Shown one piece after another: positions 10,536 to 20,344 of a DNA stretch of 64,000 nt. Within the stretch, counting starts at the first letter, position 1. Every line of letters begins with the position of its first letter. Position numbers and translations under genes: made by a program. The notes beneath the pieces are model-generated. The model did no database searches. It saw nothing but the letters and a program-made list of their open reading frames with translations, and was not told where the DNA came from. The DNA is taken from positions 44,089-108,088 of the forward strand of contig JBGAJQ010000011.1 of the NCBI GenBank assembly GCA_044224875.1, written 5' to 3'. This stretch comes from Gemmatimonadaceae bacterium (lineage in GTDB: Bacteria > Gemmatimonadota > Gemmatimonadetes > Gemmatimonadales > Gemmatimonadaceae).

Positions 10536-10695
10536 ATCCGACCACGGGTGTTTTCCCAGCGGCCGTGTCGGCGATCCCGTCGCCCGGTGCCAGGATTGTT
10601 GACTCTCGACAGCCCAATGCGACGCGAGTGAGAATCGTCTCTTGCATCACGCCAAACGTTCGATCAGACGCACCCTGCGACACAAGGAGTAGGTC

Positions 10696-11181
10696 GTGAA
10701 GCGATTGCTGAGACGCCTGCGTGGCGTCGTGGGGATGGGGCTGCTGTGGGCGGCGGGAATGGCGGGGGTCGGCGGGGTGATCGAGTTGTTGGCCAACGTC
10801 TTGCCCGGTGGCTTTCCAATGGCCGCCGCTGTCGACATGTGGCCGCAGACCTTGGCGATCATTGGATTCATCGGCGGCACGCTGTTCGCCGTCGTCCTGG
10901 GAATCGCTGAGGGTCGGCGACGATTCGACGAACTGTCGCTGCCGCGCTTTACTGCGTGGGGGGCGGTGGCGGGCTTGCTTCTGGGTCTTCGCCCTGTGCT
11001 GCTCGGAGCGCCCGTCTTTTTTCTTGGCGTCACCACACTTGGCAGCGCGTTTGCCGCGGCCTGCTCCCTCGCACTCGCCAGACGCGCCGATGATCGCGAG
11101 CTACTTGCCGCGCATGCCGACGTAGAACAGGTCGGATTGACTGACGCCGAAGCACGTCAGTTACTCGGACCGCGGAAGTAA
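10696..11181 (+). CDS. Uncharacterised 4-TM membrane protein (paralog of 44688..45182)
   Basis: AAGGAG RBS before GTG; four hydrophobic segments; shared SLALARRA...VGLT..E...LLG tail. Confidence 0.8.
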   Translation: MKRLLRRLRGVVGMGLLWAAGMAGVGGVIELLANVLPGGFPMAAAVDMWPQTLAIIGFIGGTLFAVVLGIAEGRRRFDELSLPRFTAWGAVAGLLLGLRPVLLGAPVFFLGVTTLGSAFAAACSLALARRADDRELLAAHADVEQVGLTDAEARQLLGPRK

Positions 11182-11200
11182 CACGGTCGCTCGTTGCCAC

Positions 11201-13117
11201 GTGACGCTCCCCACCACCGAATTCCTCGAACTGCAAGCGGCGCTCGCTGGCGAGTACTCACTCCAGCGTGAGCTCGGTCGTGGTGGCATGGGCGTCGTGT
11301 ATCTGGCACGCGACGTACAGCTCGATCGTGACGTCGCGATCAAGGTGCTGCCGGGCCACCTCGCGAGCATGCCGTCCGCGCGCGAGCGCTTTCTCCGCGA
11401 GGCACGCATGGCGGCGGGCCTTTCGCATCCTCACATCGTCCCGATCCATCGCGTCAGCGAACAAGCCGGTTTCGTGTTCTTCGTCATGAGCTATATCGAC
11501 GGAGAAACACTCGGCGAGCGACTTCGAACTCACGGCCCGCTCCCCGCTGCCGATGCGACGCGTGTGCTGCGCGAGGTCGCATGGGCGCTCGCGTACGCGC
11601 ATGGTCGCGGCATTGTGCATCGAGACGTAAAGCCGGACAACATCTTGTTGGAGGCGGGCTCTGGTCGAGCGCTCGTCACCGACTTCGGCATCGCGCATAA
11701 CGGTGACGACGTCACGTCCACGACTGACCCGGGGAAGGTGATGGGAACGGCTCATTTCATGAGCCCCGAACAAGCGGCGGGTGAGACCATCGACGGGCGC
11801 AGCGACATCTATGCGCTTGGGGTGGTCGGGTACCTCGCCGTCAGCGGCCAGTTCCCGTTCGACTCAGCCACATCGGGAACGCGCCTGTTGCAGCCGTCGG
11901 CTGGCACCACACCGAACGTCATGCGCGTCGCTCCGGGACTCCCAACGGCCCTCGCAGAGACGATCAATCAATGCCTCGCGTACGAGCCGGCTGATCGCTT
12001 TGCGGACGGGGAGGCGCTGGCGGGGGCCTTGGCGCCAGCGCTCGATGTGCGCCCGGCGCTACCGACGACCCTGCGTGCGTGGCTCGCCGCGCGAAATCCG
12101 TTGATTGTTCCGTACATGGCGTGGTCGGGTGGCTTTGGCGCACTGACGCTCGTGAATCTCGTAGTCTGGTTGGCCGGTCAGCGTCCGGCAGGTCCCGCGG
12201 ACATCGTGCTCCTCGGCGCCATCACTGCGGCGCCGCTTGTCCCGGTGGTCGGCTTTCACGTCAATCAGGCACTGCGGCAATTCCGTGCGGGCCACACCCT
12301 CGTCGAGCTCCGAGCGGCGATGGAGGTCGAACGCAGGGAGCGTGCGGAAACTGAGGCCGTTGTCGAAAGAGCCGTTGAGCCGAAAGCGCACCGTGTGCTT
12401 CGAATGGCGACCATCGCCGCGGCAAGTTGGCTCGCCACGTCCTTTGTGTTGCTGGTGTCGGGTCTCGCGCACGAACGGGACCATAGCATGTTGCTCATCA
12501 TAGGGCCGGGACTCAGCACGTTGGCGCTGGGCGCCGCGAGCAATGCGCTCGACGTCCAGTTCATCCCCACACGGCTCAAAAAGTGGTGGCAGACAGGGAT
12601 TCGCAATCGGCTATGGAGCGGGCGGTTGGGTGAGTGGCTCGCGCGACGACTTGGGGCACCTGAACGGTCGACGTTGACCGCGTCCGCGTTTCGGGCGACG
12701 GAGGTCGCGCTCGGCGTTGCCGCGTCGGAGCTCTTTGCTTCGTTGCCCACGACGTACCAGGAACAGCTGGCGGAGCTGCCGTCTGTCGTTGCAACGCTGG
12801 AGGCGCGGGCAGCGGAGGCACGCGCCGAGTTGGAGCTGTCGGCACTCGGCCCATCGGGGCCTGACGATGCGCCCGTGGTGGCGGTACGACGGAAGGAAGC
12901 CGCCGCGCGCCTGGCCCAGACGGTGGCTGCGTTGGAGAGCATTCGACTGGACCTCCTGCGCCTCCGCGCGGGCGCCGTTGACCTGGCGCCGATCACGACG
13001 TTGATGGATGCGGCCCGTGCGATCGGCGATGACGTGAGTCGACTTGCCGAGGCGCAGAAGGAAGTTGAAGCGGCAACGCGACGGCCCGGGAGCGCCAGCA
13101 CCTCCACGCCCGCGTAG
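11201..13117 (+). CDS. Ser/Thr protein kinase with about 4 TM helices and a C-terminal coiled coil
   Basis: GRGGMG, VAIK, HRDVKPDN, DFG and MSPEQ. Paralog of 30378..32243. Confidence 0.92.
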   Translation: MTLPTTEFLELQAALAGEYSLQRELGRGGMGVVYLARDVQLDRDVAIKVLPGHLASMPSARERFLREARMAAGLSHPHIVPIHRVSEQAGFVFFVMSYIDGETLGERLRTHGPLPAADATRVLREVAWALAYAHGRGIVHRDVKPDNILLEAGSGRALVTDFGIAHNGDDVTSTTDPGKVMGTAHFMSPEQAAGETIDGRSDIYALGVVGYLAVSGQFPFDSATSGTRLLQPSAGTTPNVMRVAPGLPTALAETINQCLAYEPADRFADGEALAGALAPALDVRPALPTTLRAWLAARNPLIVPYMAWSGGFGALTLVNLVVWLAGQRPAGPADIVLLGAITAAPLVPVVGFHVNQALRQFRAGHTLVELRAAMEVERRERAETEAVVERAVEPKAHRVLRMATIAAASWLATSFVLLVSGLAHERDHSMLLIIGPGLSTLALGAASNALDVQFIPTRLKKWWQTGIRNRLWSGRLGEWLARRLGAPERSTLTASAFRATEVALGVAASELFASLPTTYQEQLAELPSVVATLEARAAEARAELELSALGPSGPDDAPVVAVRRKEAAARLAQTVAALESIRLDLLRLRAGAVDLAPITTLMDAARAIGDDVSRLAEAQKEVEAATRRPGSASTSTPA

Positions 13118-13250
13118 CATATTCGGACGGCCTAACGCGGACACGTGCGACTGCCGTGACGCGAGGGCACTTGCGCCGCATGCAGTCGATGGATATTAAT
13201 TCTGCATCCGCTATGCAGCTTACTGCAGACGACTCAACTCCGGAGGAACC

Positions 13251-13862
13251 GTGAGGATCCGAACTGCGGTCGCGATGTCACTCATCCTGGCTGGCGTGGT
13301 TCACGCGACGGGCGCGCAGGCGCAGGGCGCGACGAAATCACGAACGAAGGGGTTCTTTCTCGGCGCTGGGTTGGAAGGCGCTTCGCAGTCGGTCGAAGAC
13401 AGCAACACCGAATCGGGAGCTGGTGCGGGTCTCACGCTTGGGTACGGATTCAACAAGACATGGGCCCTGTTCGTGAACGCGGGCGGCGCCTCCATCGATT
13501 CCGACGAAATCGGAAGCTACACACTGGGCCACGGCGACCTTGGGGTACGCGTTTCCTTCCGGTCCGGCCCGAATCAGGTCGTGCCCTACATTGTTGGAGC
13601 TGTCAGCGGACGCACGGCGAAGGTCGACTTCGTTGACGACCTGGGTGACTCGCACAGTGCCGATGTCAACGGAACCGGATTCACGCTTGGAGCCGGCTTG
13701 AACGTCTTCTTCAATCCGTCGGTGGCGCTCGATCTCCACTACCTATATACGGGCGGTGCGTACGACGAGGTCAAGTTCAATAACGTGACCATCTCCGGCC
13801 TCGACGCCAAAGCGCAAACGGGCCGGTTCCGGATCGGGGTGAACTGGTTCGTTGGCAAGTAG
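13251..13862 (+). CDS. Small outer-membrane beta-barrel protein
   Basis: GGAGG RBS, signal peptide, alternating beta-strands and C-terminal RIGVNWF. Confidence 0.8.
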   Translation: MRIRTAVAMSLILAGVVHATGAQAQGATKSRTKGFFLGAGLEGASQSVEDSNTESGAGAGLTLGYGFNKTWALFVNAGGASIDSDEIGSYTLGHGDLGVRVSFRSGPNQVVPYIVGAVSGRTAKVDFVDDLGDSHSADVNGTGFTLGAGLNVFFNPSVALDLHYLYTGGAYDEVKFNNVTISGLDAKAQTGRFRIGVNWFVGK

Positions 13863-14047
13863 GTGCAGCTGCCGGCGTAGGCGATCGCGTGCACACGTGC
13901 CTCATGCCGAGAATGGTGGCGCGGTACCATGACCATGTCCGCGCAAGGCACTATGACGCGTCGCCACCTCGCGAGCTAGGCGCCGTACTCCAGTGATTGC
14001 CGACGACGCATCGCAGGACCCTGTCCAGCATGCGCGAAGAATCGACC

Positions 14048-16321
14048 TCACTCCGGGGATGGGGGCCCGAGTGCGATCACGTCGGCCAGTCGCCGACCAA
14101 CCACATGTGAGAGCTGGATGGCGTATAGCGGCGACATGTGACTCTGGTCGCGGTAGGCGATGGTGCTGCCGATGATCACCGGGCACTGACCCCGCGCGCA
14201 AAACCACTGGGACGTCGAGAGAAAGTACGCGCCACGCATCTCGACCAACTGTCTGACCTTTCCCAATGCCGTGGTCAGCGCGGTGTCGACAGCGGTCGAA
14301 CAACCGGCGACGGTCGATCCGGCCGCCGTAAGGCAGTCCGCGGGCGGTTGATCCTGATACGGTATGTCTTCGAACACGACGGTCCGTGCGCTGAGCGGCA
14401 CCAGCGCGTGCAGTTGCGCCTCTAGCCCAGCGTACACGCCTTGGGAGCCACCACCATAGCCGCTCTGCAGCGATCGGCTGTAGAACTCTGAAAGAACGAT
14501 CACATCTGGATGCAACGTCTTGAGTTGCTCGACTGCCCATGCGAACCACTCCACACACGGAGCACGCGCCCCCCCGACGACTCCGGTGCCCCACGCGACG
14601 CCAGCCGCGGTACACCCCTCCTTGAACATCGGCACGATGTCCCAACGATGGCCTCCCGCTACCCGCAACAGTGCGGGCATCCACATCTTGGCGTGAGAAT
14701 CGCCGAACACAACGATCGTTTGCGTGGGATTGTCCGCACCCAGATGGCAGATGCTCGATGAGGTTCGGCGATGCGCGGTTGCCCCGCACTTCCTTGGCAC
14801 GAAATCGTTCATCCGCAGGTCAAAGAGTGGCGGCATCAATCCGTTAGGCACCAGGCCAGCAAGCCGCTCCGGATCGGCGCTCGCTGTCACGACGGCCATT
14901 GCGGGATCCGCCTCCCCTTCCCCCGCGGGTTCCGCGCCCGATCGGGTCTGGACGTCGCGCGAACTGTCGCCACTCCACACGAACGGCGGGCTCACCCGCG
15001 CGTTCTGGTGAAAGCGGGCCACCAAGGCGCCCTTCACGGTTCGTGTGCCGGTCACCGCCACGATGAGCCCTGCCGCGATGGCCACTGGCCACACGGCGAG
15101 TGCAGCAGACGGCCGCGCCAGCCATCGCCCGTGATGCAACGGGTACTCGTAGTACTTGTACGTGACGACGCTGATCGCAAACGCCACCGTCAGCCACGCG
15201 AGACTGGCAGCGACCGAGAGTGGCGTCCCCGCGTGTTGCGCCGCGATCGTCAACACGGGCCAGTGCCACAGATAGAAGGAGTACGACGCATCCCCAACCA
15301 CGGTGAGTGGAGTTCTCTCAAGGAGTCGGCCGGCACCCCATGGATGTCCGCCCCCAATCCCTCCCATCACGATCAACGCCGCTCCCAACACGGGCAACGC
15401 CGCCGCAAACCCGGGGAAAGGCGTTGCGCCAGTGAAGGTCATGACGCTCACTCCAATCGCGGCCATTCCTGCCCAACTCGCCATCGCGCGAATGCGCGTG
15501 GGGATGCGCCCGAGCCATGCGCTCGCGATGGCGACCAGACTCCCGACTCCCAGCTCCCAGCTTCGGGTGAACGTGGAGAAGTACGCCATCTCGTGATTGT
15601 GAGCGGTGCTGCGCAGGCTCCATGCGAACGACAGCAGGACGAGCACGCCCACCACAAGACCCAGGCGCCTAACGAGCCATTCCGAGGACGCAGTATCCGC
15701 CTGCGGCGACTCGTTCTCACCTCGGTCGCGCCAGCCGCGGGCTCGACGTCGCAATACGTACAGGAGGCCGAGAACGATCGCTGGCCACACGAGGTAGAAC
15801 TGCTCTTCCACGGCGAGCGACCAATAGTGCTGGAACGGCGACGCCGGCCGCGACCCGTCAAAGTAGTCCACTCGTAGCCGCGCGAAGTATACGTTGGCCG
15901 AGAAGAAGGTGGCCCAGATCGAGTCCCGATAGGCGCCGAGCGCTCTCACCGGGTTCAAGAACGCCGACGCGGCCAGCACCGTGAGCACGGTATTCAGTGT
16001 GGCCAACGGGAGGATGCGTCGCGCGCGGCCTGCGTAGAACTCCCGGAACGGCATGCGCTCGGCGCCCAATCCGCGACGGACGAGCCACCCCGTGATGAGA
16101 AATCCCGATATCACGAAGAACACGTCGACGCCAACGTATCCGCCCTTCATACCAGGGACCTTCGCATGGCTGAGGGCGACGACGAGGACGGCAATCGCAC
16201 GGAGTCCCTGAATGTCACGCCGGTGACCGGAAACGCGCGTCGGCGTTTCCACGTCGCGCGCATTACTGGGCGCGTCGGCGCCAAGTACGCCTTGAGTAAC
16301 TGGAGTTGCAAGTTGCACCAT
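14048..16321 (-). CDS. Acyltransferase-3 plus SGNH hydrolase fusion (OafA/OatA-like O-acetyltransferase)
   Basis: RRDIQGLRAIAV, GVDVFFVISGFLI, HYWSLAVEEQFY, GDSHA and DQSH. Start codon uncertain. Confidence 0.88.
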   Translation of the reverse strand: MVQLATPVTQGVLGADAPSNARDVETPTRVSGHRRDIQGLRAIAVLVVALSHAKVPGMKGGYVGVDVFFVISGFLITGWLVRRGLGAERMPFREFYAGRARRILPLATLNTVLTVLAASAFLNPVRALGAYRDSIWATFFSANVYFARLRVDYFDGSRPASPFQHYWSLAVEEQFYLVWPAIVLGLLYVLRRRARGWRDRGENESPQADTASSEWLVRRLGLVVGVLVLLSFAWSLRSTAHNHEMAYFSTFTRSWELGVGSLVAIASAWLGRIPTRIRAMASWAGMAAIGVSVMTFTGATPFPGFAAALPVLGAALIVMGGIGGGHPWGAGRLLERTPLTVVGDASYSFYLWHWPVLTIAAQHAGTPLSVAASLAWLTVAFAISVVTYKYYEYPLHHGRWLARPSAALAVWPVAIAAGLIVAVTGTRTVKGALVARFHQNARVSPPFVWSGDSSRDVQTRSGAEPAGEGEADPAMAVVTASADPERLAGLVPNGLMPPLFDLRMNDFVPRKCGATAHRRTSSSICHLGADNPTQTIVVFGDSHAKMWMPALLRVAGGHRWDIVPMFKEGCTAAGVAWGTGVVGGARAPCVEWFAWAVEQLKTLHPDVIVLSEFYSRSLQSGYGGGSQGVYAGLEAQLHALVPLSARTVVFEDIPYQDQPPADCLTAAGSTVAGCSTAVDTALTTALGKVRQLVEMRGAYFLSTSQWFCARGQCPVIIGSTIAYRDQSHMSPLYAIQLSHVVGRRLADVIALGPPSPE

Positions 16322-16661
16322 GACTCCGCCCCCGCTCTTCCCTGACGTGCCGCACGTGTTGCGACTGACGGACGCGCCAAGGTCGGCATGCAACCGCTGA
16401 CCTGTCGAATCGGCCCGCTCGCTGGCCGCGAGCGTTGCTCGGCGGAAGCATTCGACATGCGGCGCCCATCCGTCAAGGGGCGTGCCAACGCACAGTGTCG
16501 TTATGCTTCAGCTTGCCTAACGATCTCGACTATGCAAGATCCGGGGATCGCGCGCTGCAATCTCTTCCTTGGTACCTAACGAGCTCAGGTGCGATATCTG
16601 AGATGTCCCGCGAGCCCGGTCACACGGATGCTCCACAGGTGAATGACAACCGGAGCGCGTG

Positions 16662-17444
16662 TTACTTCAGGCCGAGCGTCCGGTTCTGCGCCAGGCGTGT
16701 GACGGCCTCTCGCAGCCGACGCTCGCGCGTCTCGGGTCTCTTGGCGAGCATGATCCACCCCACGTATTGGCGTCGATGCGATGGTGCCAAGCCGTTGAAG
16801 TACTCCCACGCCTTCCGGTTCGCTCGCAGCGCGCGAGTGATGAACGCCGGCGTGTCGCTCGACTGGCCCGAACCGTGTTCGAGGAGCGCGATCACCTCTT
16901 GCAGTCGCTTCTCGCGAGTCTCTTCCGTCCGGGCTTCCGTGATGAGTCGGAGATATGCCCGTCGCCTTGCCGGCGTCAGTGCCTGGAAATTGCGCCACGC
17001 CCTGTCATGCAGGGCCAACTTTCGCTCCATGCGCCGCGCGACCGCGTCAGTATCTGACGGCGGTGCGCTATCTACTTCTGGAGCGACGGCCGGCGCCTTG
17101 GCGAGACCCGCTTGGGTCATGCGACCTTCGTGGATCAATTTCCGTAGTCGCGTCTTGTTGAGCTCCGACCATTTGGAGTCGATGCGCCGAGGCGTGAACT
17201 TCTGGGCGTAGGTCGCATCGTCCACCCGGCGGATGATGCTGTCGATCCAGCCGAAGCAGAGGGCCTCCTCCACGGCTTCGACATATGAGACAGACGGCCG
17301 TCCAGTGTGCTTCTTGAAGAAGCGGAGCCAGATCTCCGTGCCTGACAGGTGGTGTTTCGCCAGCCATGCCCGCCACTGGCTGCGATCCGCAAAGGCGCGC
17401 ATCGCCTGCGTGCTTACCACACGTTTCTTCGCACGAGCCGACAT
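16662..17444 (-). CDS. YdeI/OmpD-associated protein with two OmdA-like C-terminal domains
   Basis: EALCFGWIDS and FTPRR..SKWS..N, plus two copies of A(K/R)xxETRE(K/R)RL. Confidence 0.85.
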   Translation of the reverse strand: MSARAKKRVVSTQAMRAFADRSQWRAWLAKHHLSGTEIWLRFFKKHTGRPSVSYVEAVEEALCFGWIDSIIRRVDDATYAQKFTPRRIDSKWSELNKTRLRKLIHEGRMTQAGLAKAPAVAPEVDSAPPSDTDAVARRMERKLALHDRAWRNFQALTPARRRAYLRLITEARTEETREKRLQEVIALLEHGSGQSSDTPAFITRALRANRKAWEYFNGLAPSHRRQYVGWIMLAKRPETRERRLREAVTRLAQNRTLGLK

Positions 17445-17450
17445 CGCCAG

Positions 17451-18014
17451 CTACAATCGCACGTCGTAACGCAACTCCACCATCCCATTCTTGTAGGCTT
17501 TCGCTTCCGCCAGGTGCAGCGCGACGTCCCTGTCCAGCTTGTCGAAGAATGGAATGCCCTCACCGATCAGGACTGGGAGGATGGAGTATCGTACCTCGTC
17601 GGCCAGTCCTCGTCGAAGGCACTCGCCGGAAACCGCGCCCCCTCCCGCAAACCAAATCGTGCGATACGAGGGTCGCAACCGCTCATTGACCAAATCGGCC
17701 AGATCGCCCGCATAGAACTCCACCGTGTCTCGCGTCCGCGGCAAGGTGCGACGTGTCAGTACGAAAGTTGGCTTATCGCCGTATGCCCATCCGAATCCCT
17801 TGGCCTCGAAGCCCAGCGCCGTCTCGTAGGTCCGTGACCCCATGACGTAACAGTCGATGGTCTTGAGGAACGCCTCCACGAAGCCCGGGTCCATCGTGGC
17901 GCCGCCGGGGAACTCGTCCGACGTCTCGAGCCAGTCGACGCGCCCGTCTCGACGCGCGATGAATCCGTCAAGGCTCGCTGCCATGTGGATCGTTACGCGA
18001 GATGTGTGTGCCAT
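17451..18014 (-). CDS. Dihydrofolate reductase/RibD C-terminal family protein
   Basis: AASLDGFIA, MGSRTYE, GGG and PVLIGEGIPFF. Confidence 0.9.
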   Translation of the reverse strand: MAHTSRVTIHMAASLDGFIARRDGRVDWLETSDEFPGGATMDPGFVEAFLKTIDCYVMGSRTYETALGFEAKGFGWAYGDKPTFVLTRRTLPRTRDTVEFYAGDLADLVNERLRPSYRTIWFAGGGAVSGECLRRGLADEVRYSILPVLIGEGIPFFDKLDRDVALHLAEAKAYKNGMVELRYDVRL

Positions 18015-18217
18015 GGCGTGCAATTTCTCGCTCGGAATGAACTCGTGCCAGCCGTTGACCATGCCGCCAGTCGAGCCATGGCGACTCGCACTCCGAAGCC
18101 GTGCGATCTCGACGGGCGACGGCGGAGACGCGGCTGGCGGACGCGCGATATGGTCGCGTGAGCCGAAAACTCGCTGCCTTGCGCCTGAGGAGGTGGACCT
18201 CTCTCGGCGAGCTGACC

Positions 18218-20209
18218 ATGCGAACGACTCGGACGACTCTCCTGCTGATCGGTGTTCTCACTGCCTGTGGTGGCGGTGGGGGAGACGGCGGCGCGACCAA
18301 TCCACCTCCCGTGGCTGTGGCCAGCGTCGATGTCACGCCGACCGCGTCATCGCTGGCCCCCTCCAGCACCGTGCAGCTCACGGCCACTCCGAAAGATGCT
18401 GGCGGCAACGCACTCGGCGGTCGGTCGGTGACATGGTCGAGCAGCGATGCCGGCGTGGCGTCGGTGAGCACGTCTGGACTTGTCACCGCGGTGGCCGCCG
18501 GGACCGCGCAGGTGACCGCGTCGAGCGAAGGACGTACGGGTTCCGCTTCGATCACCGTGCTGGCGCCGATTGCTGTGCTGTCGCTGGATCACCCGACGGC
18601 GTCGTTAGTAGCGGGGCAAACGCTGCAGCTGACGCCGACGGCGAAGGATGGCGCGGGGGCGACGCTGGCCGGACGCCCCGTGGCATGGGCAAGCAGCGCT
18701 CCGACCGTGGCCACCGTCACCTCGTCTGGCCTGGTGACGGCGCTGGCTTCCGGCACCGCGTCGATTACCGCCAGCACCGAGGGAAAGACCGCGACGGCTG
18801 CCATCACGGTGGCTGACGGAGCGATCGTGGGGGCCAGTGGCGCCACCGTCAGCGCCGCCAGCGGCAACGTCAAGATCGAGGTTCCCGCGGGCGCTGCGCC
18901 GGTCGGCACGACGATAACCGTGCAGGAGGCTCCAGCTCCAACCTCAGGGCCCAACGGGGCATTCTTGTCGGGGACGTTCTACCAGTTTGGTCCCGAGGGC
19001 ACGACGTTCACCAGCCCGGTAAAGGTCACGCTCAAGTACGATCCCGCCAAGCTGCCGCCTTGGGCCATCCCTGAGGACTTGGGCATCCAGCGGCTGAGCA
19101 ACGGGCAGTGGAACAAACTCGCGAACATCGTGGTGGACACGGTGGCTCACACGATCACTGGGACTACCACCGGCTTCAGCGCCTTCGGGGCATCAACCAA
19201 TGCGCCGACGGTCACGCTGACGCCGAACAAGGGGCAGGTCAACTACAACCAGCGATCCGTCATCTTCGATGCGATCGTCAACGGCCATCAGTGGGGCCAG
19301 TTCCAGTATGCCTGGAACAGCTCCAAGTCGAACGGTGCGCTGGGCGCCCAGTTTGGGAGCACCATGCAGTACATCGGATCCACACCGATTCTACCGGACG
19401 GCGTGATTGACGTCGTGTGGGTGGACGTGTCTGGTCCGGTGGTCCCAAATGGCCCAGTGCAGGTGCTTGGCCGGGCGGTGGCCAACGTGACGGCCGACCT
19501 GGGGCTGACGTTTGAGCTGAACCCCTGGACGCAGCTCGTCGACTTCGGCAAGACTGTGGATGTACAGGCGTTGGTGCGCCAGGCAGACGGTTCGTTGTAC
19601 AACGGCAAGTTGCAGTACAAGTACACATCCACCAACTACGTTGGCACCACGACGCCGGCCGCCGGGCTCCAGACGTCGATCAACACGGCGCAGTACCGAG
19701 CGCTTCCCGCCATCGCCCAGGTCGGGCGCCCGCCGCGCGGTGACAAGATCACCGTGGAATTCTTTGTCGAACACAAGATCCCCAACGGGACGCTACAGAA
19801 CCCCAACTCGTTCCTCGTTCAGTGGGATCGGCTTGGAAGTGCGGATGCCTTTGTCGAAGTGGGGAAGGACATCTACATCGGCCACTACTCGATCGAAACG
19901 CAAATTACAAATCCGGCGACGGGAAATGGATGCGTGTATGTCTACTTCTGGGCTCCAAAGGCGTCGCCTGCGCAATCGTACGCCCTGCACGCCTACGGCT
20001 TCAACGATCCGGGCGGCGTCGGCACGGACTACACGCGCACGTTCACTGGGCCAACTGGCAGCGGGCTCACCGCCGTGGTTGATATGGGCACGGAGTACAA
20101 GATGGGTGTGCAGGGCGGCTGCGGGTCGCCGTCCAACATCACCTACCGTCAGGGGCTCTACAACTCGGAGTTCGCGGGAACCGTGATCGAAGTGAAGGTC
20201 ACTCCGTGA
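18218..20209 (+). CDS. Surface lipoprotein with two Big_2 Ig-like domains and a ZU5-like domain
   Basis: Lipobox LTAC; two WxSSxxxVAxVxxSGLVTA repeats; YQFGPEGTTFTSPVKVTLKY. Confidence 0.8.
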   Translation: MRTTRTTLLLIGVLTACGGGGGDGGATNPPPVAVASVDVTPTASSLAPSSTVQLTATPKDAGGNALGGRSVTWSSSDAGVASVSTSGLVTAVAAGTAQVTASSEGRTGSASITVLAPIAVLSLDHPTASLVAGQTLQLTPTAKDGAGATLAGRPVAWASSAPTVATVTSSGLVTALASGTASITASTEGKTATAAITVADGAIVGASGATVSAASGNVKIEVPAGAAPVGTTITVQEAPAPTSGPNGAFLSGTFYQFGPEGTTFTSPVKVTLKYDPAKLPPWAIPEDLGIQRLSNGQWNKLANIVVDTVAHTITGTTTGFSAFGASTNAPTVTLTPNKGQVNYNQRSVIFDAIVNGHQWGQFQYAWNSSKSNGALGAQFGSTMQYIGSTPILPDGVIDVVWVDVSGPVVPNGPVQVLGRAVANVTADLGLTFELNPWTQLVDFGKTVDVQALVRQADGSLYNGKLQYKYTSTNYVGTTTPAAGLQTSINTAQYRALPAIAQVGRPPRGDKITVEFFVEHKIPNGTLQNPNSFLVQWDRLGSADAFVEVGKDIYIGHYSIETQITNPATGNGCVYVYFWAPKASPAQSYALHAYGFNDPGGVGTDYTRTFTGPTGSGLTAVVDMGTEYKMGVQGGCGSPSNITYRQGLYNSEFAGTVIEVKVTP

Positions 20210-20273
20210 GGCTCGGCCAGCGTACCTGACGGCACGTCAGCCTAACGGCGAGCCGTCCATCTGACTTCAACGA

Positions 20274-20307
20274 GAACCGCGCATGGGAAAGCTCCCATGC
20301 GCGGTTC
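20274..20307. terminator. 15-bp perfect hairpin between convergent genes
   Basis: GAACCGCGCATGGGA-AAGC-TCCCATGCGCGGTTC. Confidence 0.75.
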
Positions 20308-20344
20308 GTGTCTTCCGCGACGCCCGCCGCCAGCGTCAGCGCGG

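Noticed and set aside
9907..10683. Long N-terminal extensions in the ORF track (also 18101, 22725, 28661, 28834, 41763, 50634)
   Set aside because: Family N-termini and RBSs point to downstream starts, and several extensions run through promoter or operator DNA.
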